The notes below the pieces were generated by a model. The model made no database searches, had not been told where the DNA came from, and saw nothing but the letters and a program-made list of their open reading frames with translations. The position numbers were made by a program, and so were the translations under genes. Shown piece after piece: positions 60,290-64,000 of a DNA stretch of 64,000 nucleotides (positions are counted from its first letter, which is position 1; every line of letters starts with the position of its first letter). The DNA comes from Candidatus Omnitrophota bacterium (GTDB taxonomy: Bacteria > Omnitrophota > Gorgyraeia > Zapsychrales > JAHFFX01). The stretch is from the NCBI GenBank assembly GCA_023247725.1, contig JAHFFW010000007.1:12243-76242 (forward strand), given 5' to 3'.

Positions 60290-62199
60290 TGGTAACTCCT
60301 GGCCGAAGGCTTTGCAAATTCGAATTCGAGCGGCTCACGATGCAGTTCTTCGGCTTGGCCCGCCCCTCGATATTCCCAGGCCGCCACATAACTGAAATGC
60401 TCATCGTCGCGCCGGGCTTCTCCTTCCGCAGTTTGACATTCTTCCCGGAAATGCCCTCCCGCCGACTCTGTGCGGTGTAAGGCATCTTTGACTAAAATTT
60501 CGGCAAACTCAAGATAATCCGCCACTCGGCCTGCCTTCTCCAGAGATTGGTTCAATTCTTCATTCGTACCAACGACGTTCACATTGTTCCAAAACTCCTC
60601 GCGGATCTGGGGAATTTTCTGCAGGGCCTCGTTGAGCCTGCGTTCGTGGCGGGTCATGCCGCATTTATCCCACAAAAGCATTCCCAATTGCCGGTGAATC
60701 TCATCGACCGTTCGCTTGCCTTTAATCGATAAAAGTTTGGAAAGACGCTCCCGGGCTTCGTTTTCACAGGCCTTAAATTCCAAATGCGTGGGAGAAAATG
60801 CGCCGGGGGATATCCCCGCTAAATAATCGCCAATGGTGCAAGGCAGAATAAAATATCCGTCGGCCAGCCCCTGCATGAGGGCGCTGGCACCCAAGCGGTT
60901 GGCGCCGTGGTCAGAAAAATTGGCTTCGCCAATCACAAACAATCCGGAAAGATTGCTCATCAAATTATAGTCAACCCACAATCCTCCCATGGTGTAATGA
61001 ACCGCCGGATAAATCATCATGGGAACTTGATAGGGATCCGCGCCGGTGATTTTTTCATACATGGCAAAGAGATTTCCATATTTTTCTTCCATGACGGAGG
61101 CGCCGACTCTCTTGATCGCATCCGCAAAGTCAAGATAGACCGCAAGGCCGGTTGTCCCCACGCCTTTTCCTTTATCGCATTGCTCTTTGGCATTGCGTGA
61201 AGCAATATCTCGCGGAACCAAATTTCCGAAGCTGGGATATTTTCGTTCCAGAAAATAATCGCGATCGGATTCGGGAATCTCCGCTGGCGGACGGTGATCC
61301 CCCTTATTTTTGGGAATCCAAACACGCCCATCATTACGCAGGCTTTCGCTCATGAGCGTGAGTTTGGACTGATAATCGCCATGGACCGGAATACACGTCG
61401 GATGAATTTGGGTAAAACAGGGATTGGCAAAAAAGGCGCCGCGCTTGTGAGCGCGCCAAATCGCCGTGACATTGCAGGCCTTCGCGTTGGTGGAAAGATA
61501 AAAGACATTCCCGTATCCACCCGTCGCCAGAACCACGGCATCACCCGCGTAGGATTCGAGCTGCCCGGTCATCAAATTCCGGACGATGATGCCTCTGGCC
61601 GCTTTGTCAATGACGACCAAATCGAGCATCTCCCGCCGGGGAAAAAGTTCCAGCGTTTTTTTCGCGGCTTCTTTCATGAGCGCGTGGTAAGCCCCCAAAA
61701 GCAATTGTTGGCCAGTCTGGCCGCGGGCATAAAATGTCCGCGAAACCTGCGCTCCACCGAATGAACGGTTGTCCAGATATCCGCTGTACTCTCGCGCAAA
61801 GGGCACACCCTGCGCCACGCATTGATCAATAATGGAATTACTGACCTCGGCCAAACGATAAACATTGGCTTCGCGAGACCGGAAATCTCCTCCTTTGATC
61901 GTGTCATAAAAAAGCCGCTCCACGCTGTCGCCATCATTGGGATAATTTTTGGCCGCATTGATTCCTCCTTGAGCGGCAATGCTATGAGCCCGACGGGGAC
62001 TGTCCTGAATACAAAAGACCTTGACTTGATAACCCAGTTCGGACAAGGATGCAGCCGCGGAAGAGCCGGCCAGGCCGGTTCCCACGACCAAAATGGTGAA
62101 TTTGCGTTTGTTGGCAGGATTAACGAGTTTTAAGTGCAGACGATGCCGGGTCCATTTTTCCGGAAGAGGACCTTCGGGGACTTTTGAATTCAAGGGCAT
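60286..62199 (-). CDS. sdhA: succinate dehydrogenase/fumarate reductase flavoprotein subunit
   Basis: [15 protein letters not shown] motif, covalent-FAD His region, 637 aa. Confidence 0.9.
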   Translation of the reverse strand: MPLNSKVPEGPLPEKWTRHRLHLKLVNPANKRKFTILVVGTGLAGSSAAASLSELGYQVKVFCIQDSPRRAHSIAAQGGINAAKNYPNDGDSVERLFYDTIKGGDFRSREANVYRLAEVSNSIIDQCVAQGVPFAREYSGYLDNRSFGGAQVSRTFYARGQTGQQLLLGAYHALMKEAAKKTLELFPRREMLDLVVIDKAARGIIVRNLMTGQLESYAGDAVVLATGGYGNVFYLSTNAKACNVTAIWRAHKRGAFFANPCFTQIHPTCIPVHGDYQSKLTLMSESLRNDGRVWIPKNKGDHRPPAEIPESDRDYFLERKYPSFGNLVPRDIASRNAKEQCDKGKGVGTTGLAVYLDFADAIKRVGASVMEEKYGNLFAMYEKITGADPYQVPMMIYPAVHYTMGGLWVDYNLMSNLSGLFVIGEANFSDHGANRLGASALMQGLADGYFILPCTIGDYLAGISPGAFSPTHLEFKACENEARERLSKLLSIKGKRTVDEIHRQLGMLLWDKCGMTRHERRLNEALQKIPQIREEFWNNVNVVGTNEELNQSLEKAGRVADYLEFAEILVKDALHRTESAGGHFREECQTAEGEARRDDEHFSYVAAWEYRGAGQAEELHREPLEFEFAKPSARSYQ

Positions 62200-62202
62200 G
62201 CG

Positions 62203-62892
62203 TTAAGCTCCACGACGGAACACGTATTCCTGAAAAAGAATAAATAGAGGAATGCTGCTGTAAGCCATGGCCACCAGAATGCCCATGCCATGACTGACCG
62301 TCACGAGAGTCGGTTGGACTCGGGGGCTGATCAATCCATAGGTTTGGCAAAAACTTTGCACCCCATGGGATAAATGCATCCCGACGGCAATCATGGCCAG
62401 GATATAAAATCCGCTGTGCCAGGGATCAGCGAAGGCATTATAGACAATTCCGTATAAACCCAGATTTTGGCCATGCACGAGATTCTGTGGACCCAGATGA
62501 TCAACAAAGGTGAAATCAAGCAAATGCCAGATCACAAAAACGACAATGATCGTCCCGGTATAGGACATAAGAATAGACGACCAACTTCTCTGACCGACGG
62601 GACGAAAAACCTCATAACGCCTCTGGCCTCTGGCCTTGAAATTATCCCAAACAATAAGGGCCGTCACGTATAAATGGATGAGAAAAATAAGCAATAAAGC
62701 CATTTCCACGCCGTACAAACCCGGCCGCAGGCCAGTTAATTTTTTGGCATAAGCATTATAAAGATCTGGTCCGCCATAAATAAAAAGATTGCCGGCAAGG
62801 TGACCGATCAAAAATCCAATTAAAACCAGACCGGTCGTTGCCACGATCTGTTTACGGCCGATGGTCGAGTTCCAGTATTGTGGTAAGTTCAT
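62203..62892 (-). CDS. sdhC: succinate dehydrogenase/fumarate reductase cytochrome b subunit (five-helix, type B, diheme)
   Basis: 229 aa, 5 TM with His residues positioned for two hemes; gene order C-A-(x)-B as in B. subtilis/Wolinella-type enzymes; GAGGG RBS. Confidence 0.7.
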   Translation of the reverse strand: MNLPQYWNSTIGRKQIVATTGLVLIGFLIGHLAGNLFIYGGPDLYNAYAKKLTGLRPGLYGVEMALLLIFLIHLYVTALIVWDNFKARGQRRYEVFRPVGQRSWSSILMSYTGTIIVVFVIWHLLDFTFVDHLGPQNLVHGQNLGLYGIVYNAFADPWHSGFYILAMIAVGMHLSHGVQSFCQTYGLISPRVQPTLVTVSHGMGILVAMAYSSIPLFILFQEYVFRRGA

Positions 62893-63025
62893 GATGAACC
62901 CTCATAGAATAAGGCGATTATAGCATAATGAGGATTGAATTCAATTGACGATAAAAGCTTTTATGTCTTATGTTTACCCCAAAGACAGAACGCTGCCGAA
63001 AAAGTTGACGATTTATGGACCCCGA

Positions 63026-63100
63026 CGCCCACTTACGAAGTGCCCACTTACGAGGTGCCCACTTACGAGGTGAGGAGGTGCCCACTTACGAGGTGAGGAG
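63026..63100. repeat. 4 tandem copies of 15-bp unit GTGCCCACTTACGAG, the last two interleaved with GTGAGGAG
   Basis: cgCCCACTTACGAA GTGCCCACTTACGAG GTGCCCACTTACGAG gtgaggag GTGCCCACTTACGAG gtgaggag; lies between PEBP gene stop and sdhC start. Confidence 0.85.
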
Positions 63101-63136
63101 TTGCCTTTTGCCGGTTCGCTTCTCCGCGATGAGCCA

Positions 63137-63667
63137 TCATGGATTCCTCTTTTTATAAAGACCGATCAATTGGGCTTCGGCCAGGACATGGCCTTTCATG
63201 GCCTTTTCGACCTCGGACTTTTTGGCTCCTTGTTTCAAGACCAGCTCTTGGTCCAGGGCATACGCCTTAAAAAAATAATGATGGGTTCCGGATGGCGGGC
63301 AGGGTCCGCCATAATTGAGCTCACCAAAATTATTGATTCCCTGAATTCCCGGAATCTGTTTTTCTTTGATTTCCATCGTCGATTGCGCGGGGATATTGAA
63401 TACGACCCAGTGGACCCACGTTCCCATCGGTGCGTCTGGATCATCAACAATCAAGGCGAGGCTTTTCGCCTGGGACGGAACGCCGGTAATGGTTAAAGGC
63501 GGATTGTTGTTATGGCCCTCGCAGGTGTATTGAGCGGGAATCATTTGATTGTTTTGAAAAGCTGAACTGGTGATTTGCATGTGTCCTCCTTGGGCCGTCT
63601 CGGCCCCGAAAATCGACGGATTATGAAAGCATAAAAGAATAACCCAGATCCAGGAATTCCGATGCAT
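63137..63667 (-). CDS. YbhB/YbcL-family PEBP (Raf kinase inhibitor-like) protein, secreted
   Basis: DPDAP...GTWVHWVVFNIP and HHYFFKAYALD PEBP motifs; signal peptide from ATG MHRNSWIWVILL with AAGGAGG RBS. Confidence 0.75.
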   Translation of the reverse strand: MHRNSWIWVILLCFHNPSIFGAETAQGGHMQITSSAFQNNQMIPAQYTCEGHNNNPPLTITGVPSQAKSLALIVDDPDAPMGTWVHWVVFNIPAQSTMEIKEKQIPGIQGINNFGELNYGGPCPPSGTHHYFFKAYALDQELVLKQGAKKSEVEKAMKGHVLAEAQLIGLYKKRNP

Positions 63668-63717
63668 GGCGACCTCCTTTGTTCCAATGTTAGCCATAAC
63701 GAAATGATAGGAAAGAA

Positions 63718-64000
63718 TCAGCAAACCATATAAGCTTCCACTTGCTCGAAGAATTCGTCAATATCTCCTTGGATTTCCAAAATCGGGTTGTGCGTCGAGA
63801 TTTTTACTTTGTCTAAATTCACCACGACCACCTGTCCTTTGGTGAGGGTCGGCAGTAACGCCGCCGGGTAAACCACACAAGATGTTCCAATCACGAACAA
63901 AAGATCTGCCGTTTCCGCCAAGGCATAGGATTCCGGGAGGAATTTCACATTCTCCCCGAAGAACACCACATCGGGCTTGATGACTCCGCCGCAAGAACAG
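63718..64000 (-). CDS. cobB: NAD-dependent protein deacylase (Sir2 family), C-terminal part; gene start beyond window end
   Basis: CGGVIKPDVVFFGE and LFVIGTSCVVYPAA Sir2 motifs readable on minus strand to the window edge. Confidence 0.75.
   Translation of the reverse strand, partial: CSCGGVIKPDVVFFGENVKFLPESYALAETADLLFVIGTSCVVYPAALLPTLTKGQVVVVNLDKVKISTHNPILEIQGDIDEFFEQVEAYMVC

Overview
The window is a chromosomal, non-mobile segment of a bacterial genome (GC roughly 50%). About 85% of the genes lie on the minus strand, and nearly all concern central energy metabolism or cofactor supply. I found no rRNA, tRNA, CRISPR array, transposase, integrase or phage gene.

Gene blocks, left to right:
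- **1-4455:** trxB (partial), korB-korA (2-oxoacid:ferredoxin oxidoreductase), bioB.
- **4634-6469:** an orphan 611-aa protein with only weak resemblance to the NMO/FabK-type TIM-barrel family.
- **6551-8347:** thiC.
- **8494-14921:** a redox/metal-stress cluster of an A-type Fe-S carrier, a FIST sensor, Usp, a Fur-family regulator with the NRAMP transporter mntH, a redoxin, an MBL hydrolase and an SDR.
- **14949-19856:** aroC, ilvD, leuD, leuC.
- **19952-24734:** acnA, then a B12-binding radical-SAM gene and a 7Fe ferredoxin behind strong sigma70-like promoters.
- **25187-33055:** an aa3-type haem-copper oxidase locus in the order cupredoxin, coxA, coxC, coxD, two tiny ORFs, coxB, ctaA, ctaB, SCO, DUF420.
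- **33617-40731:** the complete F1Fo ATP synthase operon, atpZ-I-B // E-F-H-A-G-D-C, with a 245-bp repeat-bearing gap between atpB and atpE.
- **41061-43869:** a ferrochelatase fused to an N-terminal three-helix membrane domain, then hemA.
- **44119-50032:** an operon running lipoprotein, resB, ccsA, moeA, mobA, moaD with tight translational coupling.
- **50259-52792:** an ABC ATPase and a large permease.
- **52827-55305:** a CoA-binding protein and hypotheticals, including a DUF309 protein.
- **55315-59163:** hemY, hemE, hemN.
- **59170-62892:** sdhC, sdhA, a small membrane ORF, sdhB (type-B succinate/fumarate oxidoreductase).
- **63137-64000:** a PEBP/YbhB protein and a partial Sir2 deacetylase.

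The six-frame track uses TTG and GTG as starts. Many listed first codons are not ATG, and I moved several starts to internal ATG codons that have Shine-Dalgarno sequences or homology support.

The non-coding signals worth a second look are two families of short intergenic repeats (a 15-bp tandem repeat GTGCCCACTTACGAG at two loci in opposite orientation, and ATCCGG-rich palindromic REP-like elements at two loci), several perfect GC-rich hairpins, and clean sigma70-type promoters.

I did not find a self-evident novel multi-gene system. The candidates for undescribed biology are the atypical oxidase locus with a cupredoxin and two tiny ORFs, the membrane-anchored ferrochelatase, the small membrane ORF inside the sdh operon, the lipoprotein coupled to the cytochrome-c-biogenesis/Moco operon, the orphan 611-aa protein, and the two repeat families.
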